A DNA stretch of 64,000 nucleotides from assembly GCA_963822845.1 (NCBI GenBank), contig CAWGIY010000009.1, positions 543,631-607,630 of the forward strand, in the 5' to 3' direction. The stretch's first letter is position 1. The number at the start of each line of letters is the position of its first letter. Source of the stretch: an uncultured Chloroflexia bacterium. Its GTDB lineage: Bacteria; Chloroflexota; Limnocylindria; QHBO01. The notes under the pieces were generated by a model. It had not been told where the DNA came from, did no database searches, and saw nothing but the letters and a program-made list of their open reading frames with translations. This document shows positions 10,065 to 20,416 of this stretch, one piece after another. A program made the position numbers and the translations under genes.

Positions 10065-10916
10065 GTGGAACTCGAGTATTCGGACAAGAACAGCCGGCGA
10101 TCGAAGGTCTACATCGCCGTGGGCGTCATCATCGCCCTCGTCGTTGCGGCGACCGTCTTCTTCGCCCTCCAGGCCTCGAGGCTCGCGCCGGCTGCGGACG
10201 TGGAGATGCGGACGGTCGTCGTGGCCGCGGCCGACATCGCAGCACGTATCCCGATCACCGAGGCCGATGTCACCACGCGAGAGCTCCCCGCGGACCCGAC
10301 CAACGCCAACGCCTTCACGAGCGTCGACGAGGCCATCGGCCGGGTCACCGGCATGCCGGTCGCGTCCGGCCAGCTCATCGGCCCGACGGACCTCGCGTCT
10401 ACAGCCGAGGGGATGACGTACTCGATCCTCGCCCCCGGCGAGGCATTCGACCCCGAGGGACCCGACTGGCGGGCGGTGAGCGTGAACGTCCCGGCCTCGA
10501 ACGCGGTCGGCGGCACGCTCGCCAGCGGACAGCTCGTCGACCTCATCGTGACGATGCCACTCAACCCCGAGATCGATGAGGAGGCGTCCGCCGACGAGGA
10601 GCCGCCCGCCGATGAGGATGCCGACGACGAAGGCGCGCTCATGTCGGGCCCGTCGACGAAGGTGACACTGCAGTCGCTGCCGATCCTGTTCCGCGACGGC
10701 GACATCTACATCCTGCGAGCTGACCTCGGGACCGCGGAGAAGATCGCCGAGCTCGTGGCCTCCGGCGGCCACTTCACGTTCGTACTCCGTCCCGAGCAGG
10801 ACGATCGGACGGCCGACACCGAGGGGTCGACGATCGACCAGCTCGTCGAGGAGTACGGGTTCCCGCTCCCGCGCGCGATCGAGGAGGACACCGAGTCGCC
10901 GGCGGCGGGGAACTAG
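10065..10916 (+). CDS. Flp pilus assembly protein CpaB/RcpC-like (SAF domain, N-terminal TM, acidic linker).
   Basis: GTG start 5 nt after the AAGGAG RBS. Domain order TM, SAF-like region, then C-terminal region, as in CpaB. Confidence 0.7.
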   Translation: MELEYSDKNSRRSKVYIAVGVIIALVVAATVFFALQASRLAPAADVEMRTVVVAAADIAARIPITEADVTTRELPADPTNANAFTSVDEAIGRVTGMPVASGQLIGPTDLASTAEGMTYSILAPGEAFDPEGPDWRAVSVNVPASNAVGGTLASGQLVDLIVTMPLNPEIDEEASADEEPPADEDADDEGALMSGPSTKVTLQSLPILFRDGDIYILRADLGTAEKIAELVASGGHFTFVLRPEQDDRTADTEGSTIDQLVEEYGFPLPRAIEEDTESPAAGN

Positions 10917-11485
10917 CGCGCCAAGAGCTTGGCGAGCGCCTCGTCGACCTGGCGCCGCGTCTCTTGCAGGTCCGCGGACCCGTCGATGACGACGTTCGCG
11001 GCGGCGAGCATCGCCTCCTGGGATGACTGGCTGGCGAGGCGCGCCCTCGCCGTCGCCTCGTCCATGCCGCGGGAAGCGGCCAGGCGGGCGATCGCATCGG
11101 CCTCGTCGCAGCGGACGACCCAGATCTCGTCACATCCGTCGGCGAGGGGCGACTCGAGGAGCTTGATGACCTCGACCACGACCGCCTCGACGCCGCCCTG
11201 CGCCAGCTCCGCCAGCCGTGCCCGAATGGCGCCGCGGACCCGAGGATGGAGGATCGCCTCGAGGTCGCGCAGAGCGTTCGGATCACTGAAGACGACCGCC
11301 GCCAGCTCCGCCGCCTCGTAGGTGCCGAAGCGAGCCTGGATCTCGGCGCGCGCGTCGGCATCGTTGTGGCGGATCTCGCGCGCGACGGCGTCGGCGTCGA
11401 CGGTCGCCACTCCGCGATCGCGCAGCATCCCGGCCACGGTGCTCTTCCCGCAGCCGATGTTTCCGGTCAGGCCGATCACCTTCAT
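10913..11485 (-). CDS. coaE: Dephospho-CoA kinase.
   Basis: P-loop GLTGNIGCGKST and CoaE-length protein. Start MKVIGLTG. Only the 3' 573 nt of the 10913-12883 ORF is genuine. Confidence 0.9.
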   Translation of the reverse strand: MKVIGLTGNIGCGKSTVAGMLRDRGVATVDADAVAREIRHNDADARAEIQARFGTYEAAELAAVVFSDPNALRDLEAILHPRVRGAIRARLAELAQGGVEAVVVEVIKLLESPLADGCDEIWVVRCDEADAIARLAASRGMDEATARARLASQSSQEAMLAAANVVIDGSADLQETRRQVDEALAKLLAR

Positions 11486-12396
11486 GGCCCGACCGATGCT
11501 ACCGGCTCGGGCTGGCAGTGAGGGCAGAAGTGGGTGCTCCGCTGGCCGATCACGATGCGGCTGATCGGTCGCCCGCATCGGTAGCAGGGCTGGTCGGTGC
11601 GCCGGTAGACCATCAGCCGCTCCGCATTGTCTCCCGGTTCGCCGTCCGCGCTGACGTAGTCGCTGAAGCTGCTGCCGCGGTTCGCGATCCCCTGGCGCAG
11701 GACTTTCCGGATGGACCGATGCAGCCGGCGGATCTCCGCCTCGTCCAGGCTGTCCGCCGCTCGCAGCGGATGGAGGCGCGCTCGCCACAGCGCCTCGTCG
11801 GCGTAGATGTTGCCGACGCCGGCGATGAACGACTGATCGAGGAGGAGCGACTTCAGCTTCGCGCTGCGCCGGGCAAGCCGCGCCTTCAGCCGTTCCACGC
11901 TGAAGCCGCTGGTCAGCGGCTCGGGACCGTGGCCACTGAAGACCTCGCCGATGCGGTAGGTGCGACCGCCCTCCGCGACGCGCTTCGACCGCGCGCCGCG
12001 CCCGGCGCCGACGCTCTTCAGGCCGCCTCCGGGCCATAGCCCGATGCGCCCGAACTTCCGAATGTCGCGGTAGCGGAGCTCGCGCCCATCGGTCAGCGCG
12101 AAGGCGACGCGGACGTAGGGGTCGGCCGGCGTTCCCTCCGGCACCACGAGCAGCGCGCCGGTCATGCGGAGCGCCACCGTCATCACGCGGCCGTCCTCCA
12201 GGTGGAGCAGGACCGTCTTCGCGCGACGGCTCACACGCCTGATCGTGGCCCCGGCGATCTCCGCGGCGAACCGCTCCGGCGGCTGGGGGTGGCGGATCGT
12301 TCGATCCCAGTGAACGGTCGCGTCGCGGACCGTGGCACCGGCCACGGCGCGATGGAGGTCGCGGGCAACGGTCTCGACTTCGGGCAGCTCCGGCAT
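11482..12396 (-). CDS. mutM: Formamidopyrimidine-DNA glycosylase (Fpg/MutM).
   Basis: N-terminal MPELPEVE, H2TH region and C-terminal zinc finger CYRCG...CPHCQ. Stop overlaps the coaE start (ATGA). Confidence 0.9.
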   Translation of the reverse strand: MPELPEVETVARDLHRAVAGATVRDATVHWDRTIRHPQPPERFAAEIAGATIRRVSRRAKTVLLHLEDGRVMTVALRMTGALLVVPEGTPADPYVRVAFALTDGRELRYRDIRKFGRIGLWPGGGLKSVGAGRGARSKRVAEGGRTYRIGEVFSGHGPEPLTSGFSVERLKARLARRSAKLKSLLLDQSFIAGVGNIYADEALWRARLHPLRAADSLDEAEIRRLHRSIRKVLRQGIANRGSSFSDYVSADGEPGDNAERLMVYRRTDQPCYRCGRPISRIVIGQRSTHFCPHCQPEPVASVGP

Positions 12397-12469
12397 CGCC
12401 CGAAAGTGTGTCCGATTCCGGGCGATCGGGTACATTGCGCGCCACACCACGTCCCGAGCCCGTCCATCG

Positions 12470-15400
12470 ATGTCCTGCCCGAACTGCGGATCGGCGAACG
12501 CCCCCAACCGAAAGTTCTGCTCGCAGTGCGGCGCCCGTCTGGCCCTCACCTGCGCGGCGTGCGGCACGCTCGCCGCCGGCGGCGACCTCTTCTGCGGCGA
12601 GTGCGGCGCGACGCTGGCGGAGGCATCGGCGCCACCCGCCTCGAGCGCCGACGCGCACACCGAGCCCTCGACGCCGATCTCCGAGCGTCGGCTGGTCTCG
12701 GTTCTGTTCGCCGACCTCGTCGGCTTCACGACACTCTCCGAGACCCGTGACGCCGAGGATGTGCGCGAGCTCCTGACGCGCTACTTCGACGTCGCTCGCG
12801 AAATCATCGAGCGATACGGAGGCGTCGTCGAGAAGTTCATCGGTGACGCCGTCATGGCCGCCTTCGGAACGCCGACGGCGCACGAGGACGATGCCGAGCG
12901 CGCTGTACGCGCCGGGCTCGAGCTGGTCCTCGCGGTCCGAGAGCTCGGCACCCAGGCCGACTCGCCTGACCTCCAGCTGCGCGCCGGCGTCACGACCGGC
13001 GAGGCCGCGGTCACGATCGGGGCGACGGGTCAGGGCATGGTCGCCGGCGACATGGTCAACACGGCCTCGCGACTGCAGTCCGCCGCACCGCCGGGCTCAC
13101 TTCTGGTGGACGAGGCGACGAAGCGTGCCGCATCGGTCGCGATCACGTTCGAGCCCGCCGGCGAGAAGGTCCTCAAGGGCAAGGAGCTGCCGGTCAGCGC
13201 CTGGCGCGCGGATCGCGTCGTCGCGATGCGCGGAGGTGCGAACCGAAGCGAGGCCCTCGAACCGCCGTTCGTGGGACGCGACGCCGAGATGCGCATCCTC
13301 AAAGAGCTCCTGCACGCGACCGCGCGCGAGCGGCGGGCACGGCTCGTGTCGTTCGTCGGGGTGGCCGGGATCGGCAAGACCCGCCTCGGCTGGGAGTTCC
13401 ACAAGTACATCGACGGCGTCGTCGAGGACATCTACTGGCACCAGGGGCGGTCCCCGGCCTACGGCGAGGGCATCACGTTCTGGGCCCTCGGCGAGATGGT
13501 CCGGAAGCGCGCCGGCCTCGCCGAGTCGGACGACGCCGCGACGACGCGCGAGCGGATCGCCGCGACCGTCGCGGAATACGTCCCCGACGCGGAAGAACGA
13601 CGCTGGATCGAACCGCGCCTCCTCCAGCTACTCGGCCTCGAGGAAGGACGCGCCGGCGAGCGGGAGGAGCTGTTCGCGGCATGGCGCACGTTCTTCGAGC
13701 GCGTCGCGGACCTGGGCGTGACGATCCTCCTATTCGAGGACCTCCAGTGGGCCGATCCGGGCCTCCTCGACTTCATCGACCACATGCTCGAGTGGAGCCG
13801 CGCGCATCCGATCTTGATCGTGACGCTGGCGCGGCCCGATCTGCTCGAACGCCGCCCGGACTGGGGGGCGGGGCGACGCAACTCCGTCTCGCTATCGCTC
13901 GAGCCGCTCAGCGACGAGGTGATGTCGGAGGGCCTCGACGGGCTCGTCCCCGGCCTGCCGGATGCGGCCGTTCGGCTCATCCTCGAGCGGGCGGACGGCG
14001 TGCCGTTGTACGCCGTCGAGACCGTCCGGATGCTGCTCCACGAAGGTCGCCTGGCGGCGGAGGAAGGGTCGTATCGTCCGGTCGGCGACCTGTCGCACCT
14101 CGATATCCCCGAGTCCCTCCATGCGCTCATTGCCGCTCGCCTCGACAGCCTCGAGCCGGGTGACCGAGCGCTCGTCCAGGAAGCCGCGGTCCTCGGCCTC
14201 AGCTTCACGGTCACCGGCGTCGGGGCGGTGTCGGGCCTTGATCCCGAAACGCTCGAGCCGCGGCTGCGCGACCTCGTTCGGCGCGAGTTCCTCGAGCTCA
14301 ACGTCGACCCACGCTCCCCGGAGCGTGGGCAGTACAGCTTCGTCCATCGGCTCATCCGCGAGGTCGCGTACGGGACGCTTTCTCGCCGCGACCGCCGAAC
14401 GCGGCACCTTGCCGCTGCGCGCTACTTCGAGAGCCTCGGCGACGACGAGATCGCGGGTGTCCTGGCGACGCACTACCTCGACGCCTATCGGGCCAACCCC
14501 GAGGGGGAGGAGGGCGCCGCGGTCGCGACCCAGGCTCGCATCGCGCTGCGTGGCGCCGCCGATCGAGCCGCCGCGCTCCATTCGCACGACCAGGCGCTCG
14601 CGTTCCTTGATCAGGCGCTCGAGGTGTCGCCCGACCCGTCCGATCGCGTCGAGCTGCTGGATCGCGCCGGCGTGGCAGCGCAGGCAGCCGGACGCTACGA
14701 GGCCGCGCAGGCGCACCTGCGCGAGGTGGTCGAGCTCGCACGTGGCATCGGCGACCACGCTGCCGCGGCGCGCGCGTCGGCCAGGATTGGCGAGCTCCTG
14801 CTGCAGGCCGGCATGGTGGATCAGGGCCTGACCGAGGTCCGGGAGGCGCTCGAGATCCTCGGTGACGTCGACTCCGACCCGGCGGTCGTCGAGCTGCAGG
14901 CCAGGCTCGCACAGGTCTACATGCGGGCCGAGGAGAACGAGCTCGGGGTCGAATGGGCGGACCGCGCCCTCGCCGGCGCCGAGCGGCTCGACATGGTGCC
15001 GATCATCGCCGAGGGCATGATCACGAAGGCGACCGCGCTGGGCAGCATGGGCCGGATGCGGGAATCCGAGGCACTGCTTGCCGGCTCGCTGAGCTTTGCC
15101 GATGAGAACGACCTGCCGGCCAGCCAGATGCGCGCGCGCCTGAACCTCAGCAACTCGATGTGGATCACCGACCCCCGGCGCGGTCTCGGGGTTGCGCGCG
15201 CCGGGATCGACATCGCGCGCCGGTTGGGGAACCGGCCCTGGTACGTCCTGCTGACGAACAACGCGATCGCCTGCGCCACCCGCACGGGTGACTGGGACTG
15301 GGCGCTGGAGCGCGAGGCCGAGCTTCGGGCGCTCGATCTCGAGCCGGCGGACCTGCTGAGCCTCACCGACACACCGATCATCCGCGCGTGTCGCGGCGTG

Positions 15401-16006
15401 GACGTCTCGTCCACCATCGCGGAGCTCATCGAGCTCGGTCGCTCGCTCTCGGATCCCTCGCAGCTCGGCGTGCTGAATCTCGTCCAGGGAATGCAGGACC
15501 TCGTCGCCGGGCGCGACGACGAGGCCTTCGCCAAGGGGATCGGCGCGGCTGAGGCGAGCGCGACGGTGGTCGGCCAGGCGACATCGCTCGCCTCCCATGC
15601 GGCGGCGTGGCGCGGCGACCTGGACGGGGCACGCCGCGCGCACTCGATCCTCGAGGAGTCCGGCGTCCATGGGCCGGCGGTCGAGGCGAGCCGCCGCACG
15701 ATGCGGGCGGTCGTCGCGGCGCTCGACGGGCGGGCGGGCGAGGCCGCTGCCGGATTCCGCGACGCCGCGCGCCAGTGGCGTGAGCTCGGCCTGCGCTTCG
15801 ACCTCGCCCTTAGTCACCTCGATCTGCTGGCGACCCTCGGCGGTGCGGGCAATGGCGCGACGGCGGCCGCGGACGAGGCAAGGATGATCCTGTTGGAGCT
15901 CCAGGCCGAGCCATTCCTTCGCCGTCTCGAGGCGCTCGAGCAGCGGCCGCCGCACGCTCCGGCCGAACCGACCACCGCGGCCGAGCCGGCGGCGCAGCGC
16001 TCCTAG
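12470..16006 (+). CDS. Multidomain signalling protein of 1178 aa: double zinc-ribbon, class III adenylate/guanylate cyclase, AAA/STAND NTPase and TPR-like repeats.
   Basis: CPNCGS...CSQCG...CAACG...CGECG ribbon; cyclase motifs (FADLVGFT, FIGDAVMAAFG); Walker A GVAGIGKT; long helical-repeat C-terminus. Start at MSCPNCG; the upstream part of the ORF is not coding. Confidence 0.85.
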   Translation: MSCPNCGSANAPNRKFCSQCGARLALTCAACGTLAAGGDLFCGECGATLAEASAPPASSADAHTEPSTPISERRLVSVLFADLVGFTTLSETRDAEDVRELLTRYFDVAREIIERYGGVVEKFIGDAVMAAFGTPTAHEDDAERAVRAGLELVLAVRELGTQADSPDLQLRAGVTTGEAAVTIGATGQGMVAGDMVNTASRLQSAAPPGSLLVDEATKRAASVAITFEPAGEKVLKGKELPVSAWRADRVVAMRGGANRSEALEPPFVGRDAEMRILKELLHATARERRARLVSFVGVAGIGKTRLGWEFHKYIDGVVEDIYWHQGRSPAYGEGITFWALGEMVRKRAGLAESDDAATTRERIAATVAEYVPDAEERRWIEPRLLQLLGLEEGRAGEREELFAAWRTFFERVADLGVTILLFEDLQWADPGLLDFIDHMLEWSRAHPILIVTLARPDLLERRPDWGAGRRNSVSLSLEPLSDEVMSEGLDGLVPGLPDAAVRLILERADGVPLYAVETVRMLLHEGRLAAEEGSYRPVGDLSHLDIPESLHALIAARLDSLEPGDRALVQEAAVLGLSFTVTGVGAVSGLDPETLEPRLRDLVRREFLELNVDPRSPERGQYSFVHRLIREVAYGTLSRRDRRTRHLAAARYFESLGDDEIAGVLATHYLDAYRANPEGEEGAAVATQARIALRGAADRAAALHSHDQALAFLDQALEVSPDPSDRVELLDRAGVAAQAAGRYEAAQAHLREVVELARGIGDHAAAARASARIGELLLQAGMVDQGLTEVREALEILGDVDSDPAVVELQARLAQVYMRAEENELGVEWADRALAGAERLDMVPIIAEGMITKATALGSMGRMRESEALLAGSLSFADENDLPASQMRARLNLSNSMWITDPRRGLGVARAGIDIARRLGNRPWYVLLTNNAIACATRTGDWDWALEREAELRALDLEPADLLSLTDTPIIRACRGVDVSSTIAELIELGRSLSDPSQLGVLNLVQGMQDLVAGRDDEAFAKGIGAAEASATVVGQATSLASHAAAWRGDLDGARRAHSILEESGVHGPAVEASRRTMRAVVAALDGRAGEAAAGFRDAARQWRELGLRFDLALSHLDLLATLGGAGNGATAAADEARMILLELQAEPFLRRLEALEQRPPHAPAEPTTAAEPAAQRS

Positions 16007-16016
16007 CCGGCCGGCC

Positions 16017-18898
16017 TCACGAGGCGAGCGCCGCGGCGACCTCTTCCTCGGCCTCCTCGCGAGCCACGTCGCCGGCCGACTTCGGCACGCGGCGCCATGC
16101 CCCGTCGGTGCGGAGGTATCGGTCCATCTGCTCCCAGTTCGCCCCCACCTTGAGATCGACCTCGAGCGGCACGTCCAACGGGAGTGCACCCTCCATGATC
16201 TCGACGGCGAGGTCGGCGAGGGCGGGCAGCTCGTCCTCATCGGTCTCGAACACGAGCTCGTCGTGGACCTGGAGGAGCATCTGCGAGCGCAGCCCGCTGT
16301 CGCGCAACGCGGCGTCCAGCCGGACCATGGCGATCTTCATCCCGTCGGCGGCCGTTCCCTGGATCGGCATGTTGATCGCCATGCGCTCGCCGGCGGAGCG
16401 CAGCGCCCCGTTCCGCGCCGTGAGCTCTGGGAGGTAGCGGCGGCGCCCGAGGAGCGTCGTGACGAATCCCTGGTCACGGGCGAGGATCTTCATCTCGGTC
16501 GTGTAGCGCCGAATCCCGGGGTAGGCCTTGTAGTAGTCCTCGATGTAGCCGCGCGCCTCCTCGCGAGGGATGCGCAGCCGGTCCGCGAGGCCGAAGTCCG
16601 ACAGCCCGTATGCGATCCCGTAGTTGATCATCTTCGCCACGCTGCGCTCCTTCGGCCCGACCTGGTCGGCGGCGAGGCCCAGGACACGAGCGGCGGCCGC
16701 GAGGTGGATGTCCGAATGGGCGGCGAAGTCGGTGCGGAGCCCCTCATCGCCCGACACGTGAGCGAGGATGCGCAGCTCCTGCTGCGAGTAGTCGGCGCCC
16801 AGCAGCAGCCGGCCCGACGGCGCGACGAACGCCCGACGGATGCGCCGCCCCAGCGCCGTGCGGATCGGGATGTTCTGGAGGTTCGGATCGGTGCTCGAGA
16901 GGCGCCCGGTCGCGGCGACAGCCTGCTGGTAGGTCGTGTGCAGGCGCGCCTGCGCGTCGACGAGGGTCGGCAGCGCGTCGACGTACGTCGACTTCAGCTT
17001 CGCCACCTGCCGATGCTCGAGGATGAGGTCGATGACCTCGTGCTTGTCGCGGAGCTCCTCCAGGACCGATGCGTCCGTCGAGCGGCTCGTCCGCGTCCGC
17101 TTCGTCGAGGGCAGCTCCAGCTCGTCGAAGAGGACGGTCTCCATCTGGCGCGGTGAGCCGATGTTGAACTCGTGCCCCACGAGCGCGTAGATCCGTGACT
17201 CCAGCCCGGCGAGCGTCGCAGCGAACTCCTCGCGCATCGCCTCGAGCGCGCCCAGGTCGATCTTGATGCCCGCCAGCTCCATCCGCGCCAGGACCGGCAA
17301 CAGCGGCATCTCGACCTCGTCGAAGAGGTTCGCCACGCCTCCCTCCGCCAGCTCCCGCTCGAGCGCCGGCACCATGAAGACCGATGTCATCGCCTCGGCC
17401 GCCGCGCGGCGCGCCATCGCCTGCTCCTCTGCGCCGGTGTCGGGGCTCAGCGGCCGGTCCGGCAGCGTCGCGCCGAAGCGGGTGGCGGCCATGTCGTCGA
17501 TCGTCTGAGAACGCAGCGCCGGGTTGACCATGTAGCCGGCGACGAGCGTGTCGAAGAACCGGCCCTGCAGCTCGATCGTCGCGATCCGTCGCCAGGGTCA
17601 CGACCAGCTGCTTCAGGTCGTGGCCGACGCGCCGCGGCTCGCTCCGGGCGAACCACGCCGGCAGCCGCTCGATCGCGACACTCGACGGGTCGCACGGCAC
17701 GTACCAGCTGCTGGCATCGGCGCCGGCCAGCGCGATCCCGAACAGCCGCCGATCGAGCGGCCGGCCGCTGCCGACGGCCCAGCCGAGACCGACGGCGTCG
17801 CCGTGCGCCTCGAGCCACGCGGACAGGTCCCCCATCTCCTCCTCGGTGCGGACGAAGCGCGGGTCGGCGTGCTCGATCGCGCCGGCCGGGTCGCTCAGCG
17901 GGTCGGGCCGCGCCTGTGGCGCGTCGCCGGTGGCCGCCGGGGCCTTTCCCGCCGAGCAGGTCGAGGCTGAGCTGGAGCCCGCCCTTCGTGTCCTGCTCCG
18001 GCGAGTCGTACCCCGTCGGCGCGATGCTCGACGCCGGCAGCCGGTCGATGAGCGAGCGGAACTCGAGCTCTCGGAGGCGCTGCGCGACGGCGCGGCGGTC
18101 GTATCGGCCGGTGCGGGCCTCCTCGAGGTCCAGGTCGACCGGCAGGTCGGTGACGATGCGGCCGACCTCGCGCGACAGGAACGCCGAGTCGCGGTGCTCG
18201 GCGAGCCGGTCGCGGAGCTTGCCCTTCACCTCGTCGAGGTGCTCGTAGAGGCCGTCGAGCGTGCCGAACTGCTGGAGAAGCGACGAGGCGGTCTTCTCCC
18301 CCACACCCGGCACGCCCGGGATGTTGTCGGAGGTGTCGCCCTTGAGCGCCTTGTAGTCGAGCATCTGGTCGGGACGCAGGCCGTAGCGCTCCATGACGCG
18401 GGCCTCGTCGTAGATGACCGTCGCCGCGACGCCCATGCGAGTCGTGAGCAGCCGCACGTGGTCGTCGACGAGCTGGAGCCCGTCGAGGTCGCCGGAGACG
18501 ATCATCGTGTCGACGCCCGCGGCGGTCGCCCGCTTGGTGAGGGTGCCGATGACGTCATCGGCCTCGTAGCCGGAGAGCTCGCGGATCGGGATGTTCATCA
18601 TCGTCGCGATCTCGCGCACGATCGGGAACTGCGAGCGCAGGTCGTCCGGCATGCTCGGCCGGCCCTTCTTGTACTCGGGGTAGGCGTCGAACCTGAACTG
18701 CGGCTTTCCGATGTCGAAGCTGACCATCGCGTAGTCCGGCTTCACGTCCTGCATCCCGCGCAGGACGATCTGGAGGAAGCCGAAGACGGCGTTCACGAGG
18801 AGGCCGTCCGACAGCGTGAGCGGCGGGAGCGCGAAGTAGCCGCGGTAGACGAGGCTCGGCCCGTCGATGAGCATGAGGAGAGGTCGTCGGTCGGGCAT
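16017..18898 (-). CDS. polA: DNA polymerase I, interrupted by two apparent +1 frameshifts (near 17590 and between 17835 and 17950).
   Basis: 5'-3' exonuclease domain in one frame, 3'-5' exo-like domain in a second frame, polymerase domain (FFDTLVAGYMVNP... to ...QVHDELVFE) in a third. Frames join exactly at conserved motifs. Confidence 0.9.
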
Positions 18899-18954
18899 CG
18901 GTGGGTGAAGTCTAGACCGATGGCGGCCTCCCGGCCGCCGTAGAATCAAGCCCG

Positions 18955-19494
18955 ATGCAGGCCGGTCGGACCCTCGATCCGTACGCGATCCTCGGCGTCG
19001 GCCGCGACGCGACGCCGCTCCAGGTGGCGCGCGCGCATCGGCGGCTCGCGAAGCGCCATCACCCCGACCTCCACGAGGGCGCCGAGGCGGTCACCCATGC
19101 GGCCGAGCAGATGCGTCGCATCAACGAGGCGTGGGCGATCCTCTCCAACCCCATCCGCCGGCGCGACTTCGACCGCTCGTATCCCGCGGCCGGGACCGTC
19201 GACGCCGTTGCGTCCGGCGGGCACTGGGCAGCGTCGCGGACGCCAATCCGCCCGATGCAGCCGGCCTCTACCCGCACCTGGGCTTCATGGCGTGCCACCG
19301 CCGACGACACCCGCGCCGCCCCGCGCACCGTCCGCCAGCCCGGCGAGGTGGTGATCCCCCGCACGCGCCGCCCGCCACGTCCGCAGCCGGCTCCGTCGAC
19401 GTTCCGCGATTCGGGATGGGCCGCGCTGCTGGCCGCGGGCCTGATCGTCCTGCTGCTGGCCGGCGCCGCGGTCGCGGGTCGCCTCGCGCTGTAG
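18955..19494 (+). CDS. J-domain (DnaJ-like) protein with a C-terminal transmembrane anchor.
   Basis: DPYAILGV...HPD J-domain motif and a C-terminal hydrophobic segment. Confidence 0.75.
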   Translation: MQAGRTLDPYAILGVGRDATPLQVARAHRRLAKRHHPDLHEGAEAVTHAAEQMRRINEAWAILSNPIRRRDFDRSYPAAGTVDAVASGGHWAASRTPIRPMQPASTRTWASWRATADDTRAAPRTVRQPGEVVIPRTRRPPRPQPAPSTFRDSGWAALLAAGLIVLLLAGAAVAGRLAL

Positions 19495-19511
19495 CCCGGG
19501 CCTCCCGAGAA

Positions 19512-19693
19512 TCGCCGATATGTCGGCGATTCTTCACCGGAAGCGCCGCTCGCGTGCGGTTTCGCCGATTTGTCGACGGTGGGCGAGCGGGAGGCGCACC
19601 CCGGCGTGCCGCTCGTGCACCGCGATCGCCGATCCAGCGTCAAGACGCAACGCAGACTCGCGATCGCGTGCGATTTCGCCGATCTATCGGCGG
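19512..19693. repeat. Array of four TCGCCGA-N4-TCGGCGA-type sites at about 50-65 bp spacing (19512-19529 perfect dyad; 19562-19579, 19626-19632 and 19676-19693 degenerate).
   Basis: Seen in the sequence, in the 216-bp convergent intergenic region between the J-domain gene and the anti-sigma gene. Confidence 0.4.
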
Positions 19694-19710
19694 TGTTGGC
19701 TCGCGCGGCT

Positions 19711-20397
19711 TCAGCCGGCGCGAGGAGCCATGATCCAGCGAAGTGCCGCGGCGGCGACCATGAGCGCGACGCCGGCGAAGAGGACCATCGGCCAGACCGA
19801 GCGAGTCAATTCCGTCGTGGTCGTCGCCGTGAGCCGATCGCCCTCGGAATCGGTCCTGTCGAGGGTCGCGCCCTGCGCCTCGGATCGAAGCGGCGCCGTC
19901 GCGGGCTCCTCGGCCGCCGCGCCGCTGTCGGCACCACCGGCATCCCCATCGCTCGCGTCGAAGGTATAGCCCTCCCCTTCCGCCGCCCGAAGATCTGTGG
20001 CATCGGGCTCCAGGGCCGTATCGACCTCGAGGCCCGGCGCGGCCTGGCTCGCCATCCCTCCGAGGAGCGGCGCTGTCGTGCCGACGAGGCCGACCATCGC
20101 GAGGGCCGCTCCGGCCGTGAGGACGGGGGCGAAGAATCGGCGCGCCCAACCGCCGACGCCATCGACCCGAGATGGGGACGGCTCGGTGACCGGCGGGACC
20201 AGCTGCAATGGCCGATGCGGGCGCAGGTCCGGGAGCTCCGCCAGCGAAGCGCGGAGCGCGCCGAGCTCGGCGACGGTATCGGTGCAGCGGTGGCAGGAGG
20301 CGACGTGCTCGGACAGCGCGGAGTCGGCGACCGCCTCGGGATCGCCCGAGGCCAGCGCCGAGAGTCGCTCGTCGTGCGGGTGGTTCGGAATCAGCAT
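19711..20397 (-). CDS. Anti-sigma factor (zinc-binding ZAS-type, HxxxCxxC) with a membrane-spanning segment.
   Basis: HVASCHRCTD motif, TM helix, and position immediately downstream of the ECF sigma gene. Confidence 0.75.
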   Translation of the reverse strand: MLIPNHPHDERLSALASGDPEAVADSALSEHVASCHRCTDTVAELGALRASLAELPDLRPHRPLQLVPPVTEPSPSRVDGVGGWARRFFAPVLTAGAALAMVGLVGTTAPLLGGMASQAAPGLEVDTALEPDATDLRAAEGEGYTFDASDGDAGGADSGAAAEEPATAPLRSEAQGATLDRTDSEGDRLTATTTTELTRSVWPMVLFAGVALMVAAAALRWIMAPRAG

Positions 20398-20416
20398 GCC
20401 TTCGGTCCAGACGTGC

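Noticed and set aside
10913-12883. 656-aa minus-strand ORF and the 12332 N-terminal extension of the cyclase ORF.
   Set aside because: Only the terminal 190 codons (coaE) are conserved. The remainder overlaps fpg and the cyclase in other frames and has poor GC3.
16017-18949. Treating polA (and likewise dnaE, 39480-43168) as pseudogenes or as three separate genes.
   Set aside because: Domain order is perfectly colinear across frames, junctions fall within conserved motifs, and both genes are essential. Indel errors are far more likely.
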